DNA of 41,775 nucleotides. Origin: a virus (taxonomy: Duplodnaviria; Caudoviricetes). Shown in pieces: positions 25,256 to 33,469 of the stretch. The notes beneath the pieces are model-generated. The model did no database searches. It saw only the letters and a list, made by a program, of their open reading frames with translations, and had not been told where the DNA came from. The translations under genes and the position numbers were made by a program. Each line of letters opens with the position of its first letter. Within the stretch, counting starts at the first letter, position 1. The stretch is from the IMG/VR virus record IMGVR_UViG_3300038393_000403, positions 1-41,775 of that record; one strand, given 5' to 3'.

Positions 25256-25476
25256 TCCAATTCACCAACGAGAGCACGCGAGCGGCCTACGGGGCAACGC
25301 CCGACCGCTCGCGTCTCGACATGCGCGAGGGGGCTTCGCGCAATCCATCATTCCTATCCCGTTGCTGCTCGGCGCTGATCGATATCGCTGCCGTTGTCGC
25401 GGGTGTTCTCCTGATCTGTGCGACGGGCCTTGGTATCGCCTTCGCCGCTTTCGTTCTGATCTTCGTATCTCTGTAG
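25249..25476 (+). CDS. Small protein with C-terminal hydrophobic segment
   Basis: ATG 25249 with GGGG RBS; 'IAAVVAGVLLICATGLGIAFAAFVLIFVSL'. Confidence 0.5.
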   Translation: MLIQFTNESTRAAYGATPDRSRLDMREGASRNPSFLSRCCSALIDIAAVVAGVLLICATGLGIAFAAFVLIFVSL

Positions 25477-25603
25477 CAGTCGCCGCGTCGCCAAACTGAG
25501 CGGCTGCCAAGTCGAGTTGTCGTTAGTTCGTACCTTCGTCATGTCGAGCAGCATGAACGAAGGAGAGTTGAAGGTGCTCAAGAAGTTTTTGAGAGTTACG
25601 CAA

Positions 25604-25942
25604 ATGAGTGAAACCGCGTTCGTTGAAGATGCTGCGCTCTGGTCGCGAGAGTTAACGCGCATGAGAGCACGTGGTCCCGGCGATGCCGACAACGCACTTC
25701 GATCAATCGAGAGAGACTATGGCATCAACTACTGGACGCTCTGGCAACTTCGCTACCGACTCGCATCAGTCAAGAAAATCAGCGCCGGAGCCTACGCACT
25801 TATCAAAGCCGCCTACGACAACGAGCGGCAGCGCCAGTTTGCCAAGCTCAAGCTCGACATCGAACGAACGGAAGCCATTGCCGGGTCTGATTGCGATGTG
25901 GTCCGCGCGGCTCGGGCTTTGGTTGGCGAGAGTAAGGAGTAA
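25604..25942 (+). CDS. Putative DNA-binding regulator (CII-like position)
   Basis: 'ALRSIERDYGINYWTLWQLRYR' HTH-like segment plus coiled coil; start uncertain. Confidence 0.55.
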   Translation: MSETAFVEDAALWSRELTRMRARGPGDADNALRSIERDYGINYWTLWQLRYRLASVKKISAGAYALIKAAYDNERQRQFAKLKLDIERTEAIAGSDCDVVRAARALVGESKE

Positions 25943-26320
25943 GTGATGAGCGTCAATAACTGGACTGCCGGCGAAATTGAAACACTGCTTGCCTTGAAGG
26001 CGGCAGGCAAGATGCCGTCCGAAATTGCCGAACGTCTGAACCGATCCACAAAATCGGTCACAACCCGACTGGCGCGCATGAAGATGACGCCGGAGCAGAA
26101 AGCTCGCCGTCTGGCCTACGAGAACAACAGGCTTAGAAGCAAGCGCGCGGCAAAGAGCGGCATTATCGGCGTCAGTGCCAGCGCGCGCCAAAACATCGAT
26201 GTCGAAGCAAGCATCTTGATGGAGCGCGACCGACGCTATGGCGCGCCCGCACGAAGCCTCACGGCGGCGTTCTTCGGTGACCCTCCGGTCGGATACTCAG
26301 CATTGGAACGCCGGGCATGA
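25943..26320 (+). CDS. GcrA-like N-terminal HTH protein
   Basis: 'WTAGEIETLLAL...GKMPSEIAERLNRSTKSV..RLAR' resembles the GcrA/Myb-like N-domain; AAGGAG RBS. Confidence 0.65.
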   Translation: MMSVNNWTAGEIETLLALKAAGKMPSEIAERLNRSTKSVTTRLARMKMTPEQKARRLAYENNRLRSKRAAKSGIIGVSASARQNIDVEASILMERDRRYGAPARSLTAAFFGDPPVGYSALERRA

Positions 26321-26517
26321 TCACGACCGACCGCACGGCGAAGTTGGCCTACCTGACCGTCATCGACGGCAAGCCGATCCTGAACCTGACATTCGAAGAA
26401 CTCGGCATGGCGCGCGGACAAGCATTGGAGCGTGTCGAGATCAGCGCCGCGCAGCTTGGTCGGCTGTGTTCGGACGGCGTGAAGGCGCTTTGGGCGGGGG
26501 AGGTAGAGAATGTCTGA
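26317..26517 (+). CDS. Hypothetical protein
   Basis: Overlap-coupled on both sides. Confidence 0.6.
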   Translation: MITTDRTAKLAYLTVIDGKPILNLTFEELGMARGQALERVEISAAQLGRLCSDGVKALWAGEVENV

Positions 26518-26992
26518 CCGCTGCATTTGTGGAATAGACCCAGGATTGTCCGGCGCGCTGGCTTTCATCTTCCAGAACGATCCGAACCGAGTTGCCATTG
26601 AGGATATGCCAACCGCCGATGGCGATATCTGCGCGCCGTTGCTGTCCGCCATTATCAAGAAGTACGCGCCATCCTATGCGGTGATCGAGTTTGTCGCCTC
26701 GATGCCGGGGCAGGGCGTGGCGTCAACCTTCAAGTTCGGTAAGTCATACGGTCAGGCGCTCGGCGTGCTCGGCGCTAACGCCGTGCCATTGCATTACGTC
26801 ACGCCGAAGAAATGGAAGTCGCGTTTTAACCTCCTGAAAACCGACAAGGAAGCGGCTCGCAACAAGGCGCTCCAATTATTTCCCGCCTGCGCCGAGAACT
26901 TCCGTTTGATCAAACACCACAACCGCGCCGACGCCGCTCTGATCGCCAAGTACGGCCTTGAAGTCCTGTTTCCGTGGAGCACCGCAGCATGA
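26510..26992 (+). CDS. RuvC-like Holliday junction resolvase
   Basis: 'GIDPGLSGALA...AVIEFV..MPGQGVASTFKFG...VTPKKWK...RADAALIA'. Confidence 0.85.
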   Translation: MSDRCICGIDPGLSGALAFIFQNDPNRVAIEDMPTADGDICAPLLSAIIKKYAPSYAVIEFVASMPGQGVASTFKFGKSYGQALGVLGANAVPLHYVTPKKWKSRFNLLKTDKEAARNKALQLFPACAENFRLIKHHNRADAALIAKYGLEVLFPWSTAA

Positions 26993-27717
26993 GCTTTATC
27001 ACTCGCCATTCGCCGTCGTCGCTGAACTTGTTCTGCGCTTCACCGGCGATGTTCATTCTCGAAAAAGTCATCGGCATTCGCCAGCAGGTCGGCGCACCGG
27101 CGCATCGTGGCACCGGCGTCGAGGAAGGCGTGACGCTTGGCCTGCTTAAGCCCGACGCGCCACTGTCCGATTGCATCGAAGCCGCCTTCAAGAAGTACGA
27201 CACGGTTTCGGCGCTGTCCGGCGACGCGCGCCGTCAGGACTACCGCGAAACCATCCCGGCCATGGTGGAACACGCGCTCAAGGAATTGCGCCCCTACGGC
27301 GTCCCCAGCCGCACCCAAGGCTTGGTCGAGTGGAAGCCGGAAGGGTTGGCGCTGCCGATTGTCGGCTACTTCGATTACGAATGGGCGGACCACGGCATCA
27401 TCGTGGATCTGAAAACAACCGAAAAGCTGCCGTCGCAGAACAAGGTGCCGCACGCGCGCCAAGTCGCGCTCTACGCCTCAACCGACAACATGGACGGCCG
27501 GCTTACCTACTGCACGCCGAAGAAGATTGCGACCTACCGCGTCGAGAATATCCGCGAGCATCGCCACGCGCTGCATCAGATCGCGTTGCGCGTCGAGAAG
27601 ATGCTGTCGCTGTCCGACGATCCGCAGTTCTTCAAATCGATCATCGTTCCCGATCTTGAGAGCTTCTACTGGGGCGGCCCGAACCGACAGTTGGCTTTCG
27701 AGCATTGGGGCATCTGA
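26989..27717 (+). CDS. PD-(D/E)XK family exonuclease
   Basis: 'HSPSSLNLF...RGTGVE...GYFD....IVDLKT...QVALY'; ATGA-coupled to the resolvase. Confidence 0.85.
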   Translation: MSFITRHSPSSLNLFCASPAMFILEKVIGIRQQVGAPAHRGTGVEEGVTLGLLKPDAPLSDCIEAAFKKYDTVSALSGDARRQDYRETIPAMVEHALKELRPYGVPSRTQGLVEWKPEGLALPIVGYFDYEWADHGIIVDLKTTEKLPSQNKVPHARQVALYASTDNMDGRLTYCTPKKIATYRVENIREHRHALHQIALRVEKMLSLSDDPQFFKSIIVPDLESFYWGGPNRQLAFEHWGI

Positions 27718-27740
27718 AATTCCCGAAAGGGATTGGCAAC

Positions 27741-27767
27741 GCTGCGGGCCTGATCGCAGCTTTTGTT
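27741..27767 (+). terminator. Terminator-like hairpin
   Basis: GCTGCGG-gcctga-TCGCAGC-TTTTGTT. Confidence 0.5.
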
Positions 27768-27784
27768 GAAGAAGGAGAAGCCAC

Positions 27785-28474
27785 ATGGCTCTCGGTTTGT
27801 CTACTGGTGGAAGCGGCGGCGATATCAAGCCGTATGTGAAATACGATGCAAAGGCCGGCCGTCTGTTTCGGATGGATCGTGTCCAGCACAGCGACGGCAC
27901 GTTCTCGTCGGAATCGCACGAGATCACCAACACCGCGCAAATGGTGATGGACCTCGCGAATATTCGCGTCGGCTGGATCAACTACACCTCGCAAGGTCCG
28001 ATCCGCCGCCTCGTCGTGCTCGGCCAGGAAGCCATCCCGCCGCGCCCCGAGGACAAGAACACGGACGGCAAGCCGGCATTCAAGCAGGGTTTCGAAGTCG
28101 ATCTTTTGCTCGACAAGAATAGCGGAGGCGGCGGGTTGCGCGTGCTGGGCTCGGCTGCGGGTTGCGTTATCGAGGCCATGGACGCGCTGCACGATGCCTT
28201 CACCGGTGCGGCTGAAAGCAAGGCTGGCAAGCTGCCCGTCGTGAAGATCGCCGGTGTGTCACCGGTGAAGTCGGGCCAGTCCACGAACTACAAGCCCAAC
28301 TTCGCAATCGTGAACTGGATCGATCGACCGCAGCCGCTGGCCTGCACCGCGCCGCAGACCCAGCCCAGCCAATCGGCGCCGGCGACCGGATCGACTCAGG
28401 TTTCGGCCCCGTCGTCGCAGCCTGCACAGGCACCGCAGCAAGCCCAGTTGGCTGACGCAGGCGATTTTGGTTAG
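27785..28474 (+). CDS. Putative ssDNA-binding/annealing protein
   Basis: Strong AAGGAG RBS; between the exonuclease and primase-helicase; beta-rich core, Pro/Gln linker, acidic-aromatic tail 'DAGDFG'. Confidence 0.6.
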   Translation: MALGLSTGGSGGDIKPYVKYDAKAGRLFRMDRVQHSDGTFSSESHEITNTAQMVMDLANIRVGWINYTSQGPIRRLVVLGQEAIPPRPEDKNTDGKPAFKQGFEVDLLLDKNSGGGGLRVLGSAAGCVIEAMDALHDAFTGAAESKAGKLPVVKIAGVSPVKSGQSTNYKPNFAIVNWIDRPQPLACTAPQTQPSQSAPATGSTQVSAPSSQPAQAPQQAQLADAGDFG

Positions 28475-28575
28475 CCCCCAACTTCGCTCCGACAACGTGA
28501 CCGGACCCGCTGCGGCCCGGTCACTCTACCAGATCACCGCGTAACGAGTAGAGGCAAGGAACAGATAGCCGGATA

Positions 28576-30792
28576 GTGGACGACGTGGGGCAAACAGCTA
28601 CAGCGACCGTAACGCCGATGTTCCAACCGGACATCGAGGCAATGACGCAGCACGTCGAACACCTGTTCGGCGGTGCGCCGGCTGGCCTTGTCGAACTGGC
28701 ATGGACCGATACGACACCGGACGACGCCGGCCGCTATCGCCTCCGTCACGCCCAGCTTTTCAACACCAACAATCTACCGGCGCTTGTCGCAGAAGCGGCG
28801 CGATTGAACGCGACGCCCATGTGTAACGTCTATATTGGTGCGGCGCTGCGTCATCCCGATACGGCACCGTTCGGCCGCACCAAAGACGCTGACGCCTTTG
28901 CGCTGACCGCCGCCTATGTCGATCTTGATGACCCAGGCACCGCGACGGCGGCGAAGAACATCTATGGCGACAACAAGCCAACGCTCGTTGTCGTCACCGG
29001 GCGCGAGCCGCACACCCGCGCGCAACTGTGGTGGCGGCTCGACGAGCCTGTCACCGACACCGCGCAATGGCCCGAACTGCTCAAGGTCATGTCGGCGGCG
29101 ATGGATGCAGACACCAGCGTCACGAATCCGGCGCGCGTCATGCGCCTCGCTGGCACCGTGGCGTGGCCGGTGAAGCCGGGCCGCACCGTCGAACTCACCA
29201 GCATTGTGCCGCTCAGGGAGCCCGGCCAGAGCCGTTACACCATGGCGGCACTATCTGCCGCATTCCCTGCGACGGCCGCACCAGTGGCCGCGCCTGCAGC
29301 GCCAGCGACCCCAAAACTCGCGGCCTCGCTCAACGCGGCGAAGCCGGCCGCTGATCGCTCGAACTTCTTCCGTCAAGCCAACGATCTGGCGCTCCGTAAC
29401 ACCGGAGCCTGGGTGCCAGCCGTGTTCGGTAGCGCGGCGCATTTTCAGACCGGCACCGGTGCGTGGCGCATCTCATCGAAAGAGCTTGGCCGCAACCTCG
29501 AAGAGGATCTGTCAATCGCACCAACCGGTATCGTGGACTTCGGCGTTCACGACATGGGGGACGCGAGGCAAGGCAAGCGGACGCCGGTTGATATCGTGAT
29601 CGAGCACGGCGGCGCGCCAGACGCCAAGGCGGCTGCGTTCTGGCTGTGCGAGCAGATCGGCGTCAAGCCGGAGGCCGTGGGGTGGCAGGAGGCAGAGCGG
29701 ACGCCAGACGCGCCGGCGCTACCCAAGCCGGCGGTGCAGGACGGCATCATCAAAACAACGGACTTCGTTACCCTACTCACTGAGGAAGTCGTCGAGGAGC
29801 CGGATTATATCGAGCCGGGCTTTGCCGGTCCCGGCATGTTCGTGCTGATCGCAGGGCCGCCCAAGGCTCAGAAATCGTTCCTGTTGCAGGAAATGCTCGT
29901 TGCGGCCGCAACTGGTGCCAGCTTCCTGATGGACACCTTCAAGTGCACCCGGCCGCTCCGGGTGTTCTATCTCCAAGCCGAAATGAACCGGAAGCTGCTC
30001 CGCAAACGCGCGCGTGAGTTCAAATTGTTGTCGCCGGACGAAAAGGCGCTACTGGCAACCAACCTGATCGTGTCGGAACGCTTCCACATGATCCTGAACG
30101 AAGGTGGCGTCAAAACCGCCGTCGAAACGATCAAGGCGGCGTTTCCCGATGATCCGCCAGACATCATAGCGATCGATCCCATGGCGAACGTGTTCGACCA
30201 GGAGAACGAGAACGACAGCACGCAATTGATGCGGTTCCTCACGAGCCGGATTGAAGCCATCCGGCAAGAGGTCAACCCGGCCGCTTGCATCGTCATGGTG
30301 CACCATGCCCGCAAAGCGTCAGCCGAGGATATGGCTCGCGATCCATTTGTGGCGATCCGTGGTGCCGGCGCGCTGCGCGGGTACTACGACAGCGCGATTG
30401 TAATTTTCCGCACCGGTGAAGAGACCAAGTCACGGAAGGTGCATTTTGAATTGAGGTCCGGGGAGCCGCCGGAACCGATGACGGTAGAGCTGGAGAACGG
30501 AAGGTTCATCACAGCAGGTAAAGCAGGGTCGAAAATCGACAAGCATATTGCCAGACGGATGCTCAACGCATTGCGCGAAGCATGGGATGCAGGGTTGCCA
30601 ATGTCGCCAAACTCTCAATCGAAACGAGAGGGCAGGTTCGCGGTCTACAACCTTTCAAAGCAGTTCGAAGTACCAGCCAAAGAAGTAGGAACGATGCTCG
30701 ACGAGTGGATGCGATTGCGTGTCGTCGCCATGCGAGACCGCGTGTCACGTGGCCGTCCGGCCGGTCTGGAAGTCATCGGAAGTATCGATTGA
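28576..30792 (+). CDS. Primase-helicase fusion (RepB-like primase N-domain, AAA_25/RepA-like helicase C-domain)
   Basis: 'NVYIG..LR...YVDLD...PTLVVVTG...RAQLWW.L...NPARVMRLAGT'; Walker A 'GPPKAQKS', 'YLQAE', Walker B 'IIAIDP', 'VHHARK...IRGAGAL'. Confidence 0.85.
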   Translation: MDDVGQTATATVTPMFQPDIEAMTQHVEHLFGGAPAGLVELAWTDTTPDDAGRYRLRHAQLFNTNNLPALVAEAARLNATPMCNVYIGAALRHPDTAPFGRTKDADAFALTAAYVDLDDPGTATAAKNIYGDNKPTLVVVTGREPHTRAQLWWRLDEPVTDTAQWPELLKVMSAAMDADTSVTNPARVMRLAGTVAWPVKPGRTVELTSIVPLREPGQSRYTMAALSAAFPATAAPVAAPAAPATPKLAASLNAAKPAADRSNFFRQANDLALRNTGAWVPAVFGSAAHFQTGTGAWRISSKELGRNLEEDLSIAPTGIVDFGVHDMGDARQGKRTPVDIVIEHGGAPDAKAAAFWLCEQIGVKPEAVGWQEAERTPDAPALPKPAVQDGIIKTTDFVTLLTEEVVEEPDYIEPGFAGPGMFVLIAGPPKAQKSFLLQEMLVAAATGASFLMDTFKCTRPLRVFYLQAEMNRKLLRKRAREFKLLSPDEKALLATNLIVSERFHMILNEGGVKTAVETIKAAFPDDPPDIIAIDPMANVFDQENENDSTQLMRFLTSRIEAIRQEVNPAACIVMVHHARKASAEDMARDPFVAIRGAGALRGYYDSAIVIFRTGEETKSRKVHFELRSGEPPEPMTVELENGRFITAGKAGSKIDKHIARRMLNALREAWDAGLPMSPNSQSKREGRFAVYNLSKQFEVPAKEVGTMLDEWMRLRVVAMRDRVSRGRPAGLEVIGSID

Positions 30793-30794
30793 GT

Positions 30795-30943
30795 ATGCAC
30801 AGCACGCACAGAAGGGGTCTCTATGTCATTGAAATCATTATGCACAGCAGATGCACCGAAGCTGCACAGAAGCACACAACCCATATGCAAGTGTTTGAAA
30901 TCACTGATGCACAGCAGCACTGCACAGCGCGTATATAAATATA
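30795..30943 (+). repeat. Iteron-like repeat array with AT-rich tract, candidate replication origin
   Basis: GCACAG at 30797, 30806, 30842, 30864, 30909, 30922 plus variants; TTGAAATCA-N2/3-ATGCACAGCAG twice; TATATAAATATA at 30932-30943. Confidence 0.65.
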
Positions 30944-30977
30944 GCTGCTGCGCCTCAGGGCGCGCAGCTTGCGAGCG

Positions 30978-31637
30978 ATGATCATGGCCCGCACCAAAGA
31001 CATCATCGCCGGCGACACGACGGTCCGTCCCATGTCGGACGAACGCTCATGGGCGCGCTCGAATGGCACGTACATTTCGGGGCGCGCTTACCTCGACGGC
31101 GCCGACGAGACGGCCGCCGAGATGGAGGCGAAGTGGGGCGCTGATCGGCTGCGGCTTCTGGTAAGCGCCGAGCTTCGCGAGAAGTTCGACCGACAACGCT
31201 ACCTGCTCAACCAGGCTGTTTGGCATGGCGACCTTGAGCAGGTCCGCCGCGAGGCCAACCGGATGACGACGGCATGGCTGGCGCTCGACAAGGCGGCGAC
31301 CGCCGCAGGCAAGCAGCCGCTGCACCCGCAGGTGTGGGAGGTGGCCGTCACCGATCCGGGAATGTCTGACGAGCCGGAGCGCGCGGCCTACGTCATCGCC
31401 ATCGTGCCGGACGACGCCAGTGCACGCCACGTCATCGCGGAAGGGCGCAAGGTCACGATCTACACGCTCGACGAGATCGGCCGCATCCTTGCCGCGTACC
31501 CTGATCTGGCGAGGGTCAAGAACGCGATGCCGGGAGCGACGATCACCGCCGTGCGCCGGAGCGTGGACGATCCGCTCGACGCCATCCACGACACCAAGGC
31601 CGGACTGGATGACCCGGTAGAGGACATCTACGCGTGA
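30978..31637 (+). CDS. Hypothetical protein, replication-module associated
   Basis: Long ORF directly after the repeat array; acidic C-terminus. Confidence 0.7.
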   Translation: MIMARTKDIIAGDTTVRPMSDERSWARSNGTYISGRAYLDGADETAAEMEAKWGADRLRLLVSAELREKFDRQRYLLNQAVWHGDLEQVRREANRMTTAWLALDKAATAAGKQPLHPQVWEVAVTDPGMSDEPERAAYVIAIVPDDASARHVIAEGRKVTIYTLDEIGRILAAYPDLARVKNAMPGATITAVRRSVDDPLDAIHDTKAGLDDPVEDIYA

Positions 31638-31698
31638 CCCGACCCGGCATCCGTTGGTCGCGGGAGTGTGAGTGAGCTTAAACCAGAAAGGGGCAACG

Positions 31699-31920
31699 AT
31701 GACTAAATCACCAAAGGCTAAAACTACTGCGGCACCGACTATCGATAAGTCGATCCATATCAGCAACTGCACGATATCTAACCTTGATCGGGAGCGCATG
31801 ACGGCGATTGAGGCTCTGGCGCGCGCTGCTGAGGCAAACGCTGATGCAATCCTTGAAATTGCTAAGGGCGTATCGGCGGGCAGTGCTATCGGCATAATGG
31901 TCAAGACAGAGCCGGCTTGA
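31699..31920 (+). CDS. Hypothetical protein
   Basis: AAGGGG RBS before ATG 31699. Confidence 0.55.
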   Translation: MTKSPKAKTTAAPTIDKSIHISNCTISNLDRERMTAIEALARAAEANADAILEIAKGVSAGSAIGIMVKTEPA

Positions 31921-31983
31921 CCTGTGCGTGGCGTGGTGTGGTCGCGGGAGTTGATCCAGTTCAAGCGAGGGGCAAAGCAAATC

Positions 31984-32520
31984 ATGGTCGGACGACCGCG
32001 CAAATCAGGACGACGCAAGCCGAGTGGTCGGTTGGCGCAAACTTACGTTAATCCGAAGGCGCAAGTCGCGGCTCAGCCGCATCGCCGGACAGTGCCGGTG
32101 AAGTTTCGCGAGATGAGCGATGCCGAATCCGAATTTGGGCGGTTGATGCTACGTGGTGGCATCACGCCAGCGCAGAAGGAAGCTGGAGAGGCATACGCTC
32201 GCCTAGCGGCGGCGCTACGTGCGGTTTACGACGCGGAGAGTCCGCACCCACGGGCGATAGATTTAACGAACCAGCGGGGCGCTAATGGCCGGGAAATAAC
32301 ATCGGAGGAAGCGGAGCAAATCAAGGAGCGAGGCCGCCGCGCATTTGAGGCGTGCGGCGAGGCGGGCAATCGAGCGCCGCGCGCTGTCAAAGAGCACGTC
32401 ATCCTTGATAGGCCAGTGGCAGATTTTGAAACGCTGAAGGTGTTGAAAAGTGGCCTCGATAAGCTGGTAACGTTTTTCGGTATTGACAGATCGCTGCAAA
32501 TCAGTTCCCGTGCGAAATAG
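31984..32520 (+). CDS. Putative late-gene regulator (DUF6456-like, Q-position)
   Basis: Basic N-terminus; 'GRLMLRGGITPAQKEAGEAY...LKSGLDKLVTFFG'; last early gene before two terminators and the packaging genes. Confidence 0.6.
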   Translation: MVGRPRKSGRRKPSGRLAQTYVNPKAQVAAQPHRRTVPVKFREMSDAESEFGRLMLRGGITPAQKEAGEAYARLAAALRAVYDAESPHPRAIDLTNQRGANGREITSEEAEQIKERGRRAFEACGEAGNRAPRAVKEHVILDRPVADFETLKVLKSGLDKLVTFFGIDRSLQISSRAK

Positions 32521-32533
32521 ATGATACGCAATT

Positions 32534-32565
32534 GCGCCCGGAGGCTCAGCTTTACGGGCGCTTTT
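32534..32565 (+). terminator. Terminator-like hairpin at the start of the late region
   Basis: GCGCCCG...CGGGCGC followed by TTTT. Confidence 0.55.
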
Positions 32566-32685
32566 GATTCCGGCCACGCCCCGCACAGGTGATGCCAAGG
32601 GTGGTGATCAAACCATCGCCATACGCACTAAAATTGAATCGCATCAATTAGTTGGGCTGGTGCTCAAGGTGATGTCGAACCACAC

Positions 32686-32715
32686 ACCCCGCCCCGACAG
32701 GCGGGGTTTTGTTTT
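32686..32715 (+). terminator. Rho-independent terminator upstream of the late genes
   Basis: ACCCCGCC-ccgaca-GGCGGGGT-TTTGTTTT. Confidence 0.75.
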
Positions 32716-32727
32716 GAGGGATAGGAC

Positions 32728-33045
32728 ATGCATACCTACATTGGTGATCCGATGGATGTGGTGAAGGGGAATGCCTTGCATGGTCAGGTGCTCGGAGGCA
32801 TCGCATGCGGTCAGATCAAGCCTGAACTCGGCATGACCGAGCGCGCTAGCTGTGTTGCGCGCGGTCTGCAGGCTCTCTTCGACAAGATGGGGAATCTTCG
32901 CGACAAGATCGAAGGCAATAGCCAAGCCAGCGGCAAGCCTTGCACTCCGGTATCTGGCGGCGGGCTACGCGGTCATATCACCGAGGCTGAGTCCATCCTG
33001 AGCGCCTGTCACTCCTTGCTCGACGATATCGCCGGCAAGTTCTGA
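32728..33045 (+). CDS. Hypothetical protein
   Basis: GAGGG/AGGA RBS. Confidence 0.55.
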   Translation: MHTYIGDPMDVVKGNALHGQVLGGIACGQIKPELGMTERASCVARGLQALFDKMGNLRDKIEGNSQASGKPCTPVSGGGLRGHITEAESILSACHSLLDDIAGKF

Positions 33046-33109
33046 CCCGGTTTTTTTGAGGGGATGGGGATGATTACCGCGCCATTCCAAAAACTTGAGT
33101 ATTTTCAAA

Positions 33110-33469
33110 ATGGCAGGCGTTAAGGGCCGTTCAGGCACCAACAAGGGCAAGGATAAACCGTTTGCCGAAGCGCTTCGTATGGAGATTGCGGCGGCCGGCG
33201 CCGACCATAAGGCGCTGCGAGCCATCGCGCGCAATCTGATTGATTTGGCGCAAAAGCCCGACATCGCCGCACTACCTGCGATCAACGCGATTGCTGACCG
33301 TTTGGACGGTAAGCCGGCGCAAGAATCAACGGTGACCATTGACGATAAACGAGATGCCACGGATTGGACCAGAGACGAACTGGTCGCCTTCCTCCGTGAC
33401 TCCGCACCAGATCGCGACCGAGCTTCTGAGGCGGAAGGACGCGGAAGCGAGCCTGATCGCATTCACTGA
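33110..33469 (+). CDS. terS: Terminase small subunit
   Basis: 'KPFAEALR...A..LI..A.....AINAIADRLDGKPAQ'; directly upstream of and overlapping TerL. Confidence 0.75.
   Translation: MAGVKGRSGTNKGKDKPFAEALRMEIAAAGADHKALRAIARNLIDLAQKPDIAALPAINAIADRLDGKPAQESTVTIDDKRDATDWTRDELVAFLRDSAPDRDRASEAEGRGSEPDRIH

Noticed and set aside
26989-27717. Cas4/CRISPR system
   Set aside because: PD-(D/E)XK nuclease without the four-Cys cluster, in a recombination module; no repeat-spacer array or other cas genes seen
30795-30943. Mini CRISPR array
   Set aside because: Repeats are 6-23 bp with irregular short spacing and no unique spacers of constant length
31047-32018. 323-aa minus-strand ORF
   Set aside because: Antisense shadow of coupled plus-strand genes in GC-rich DNA; no motif
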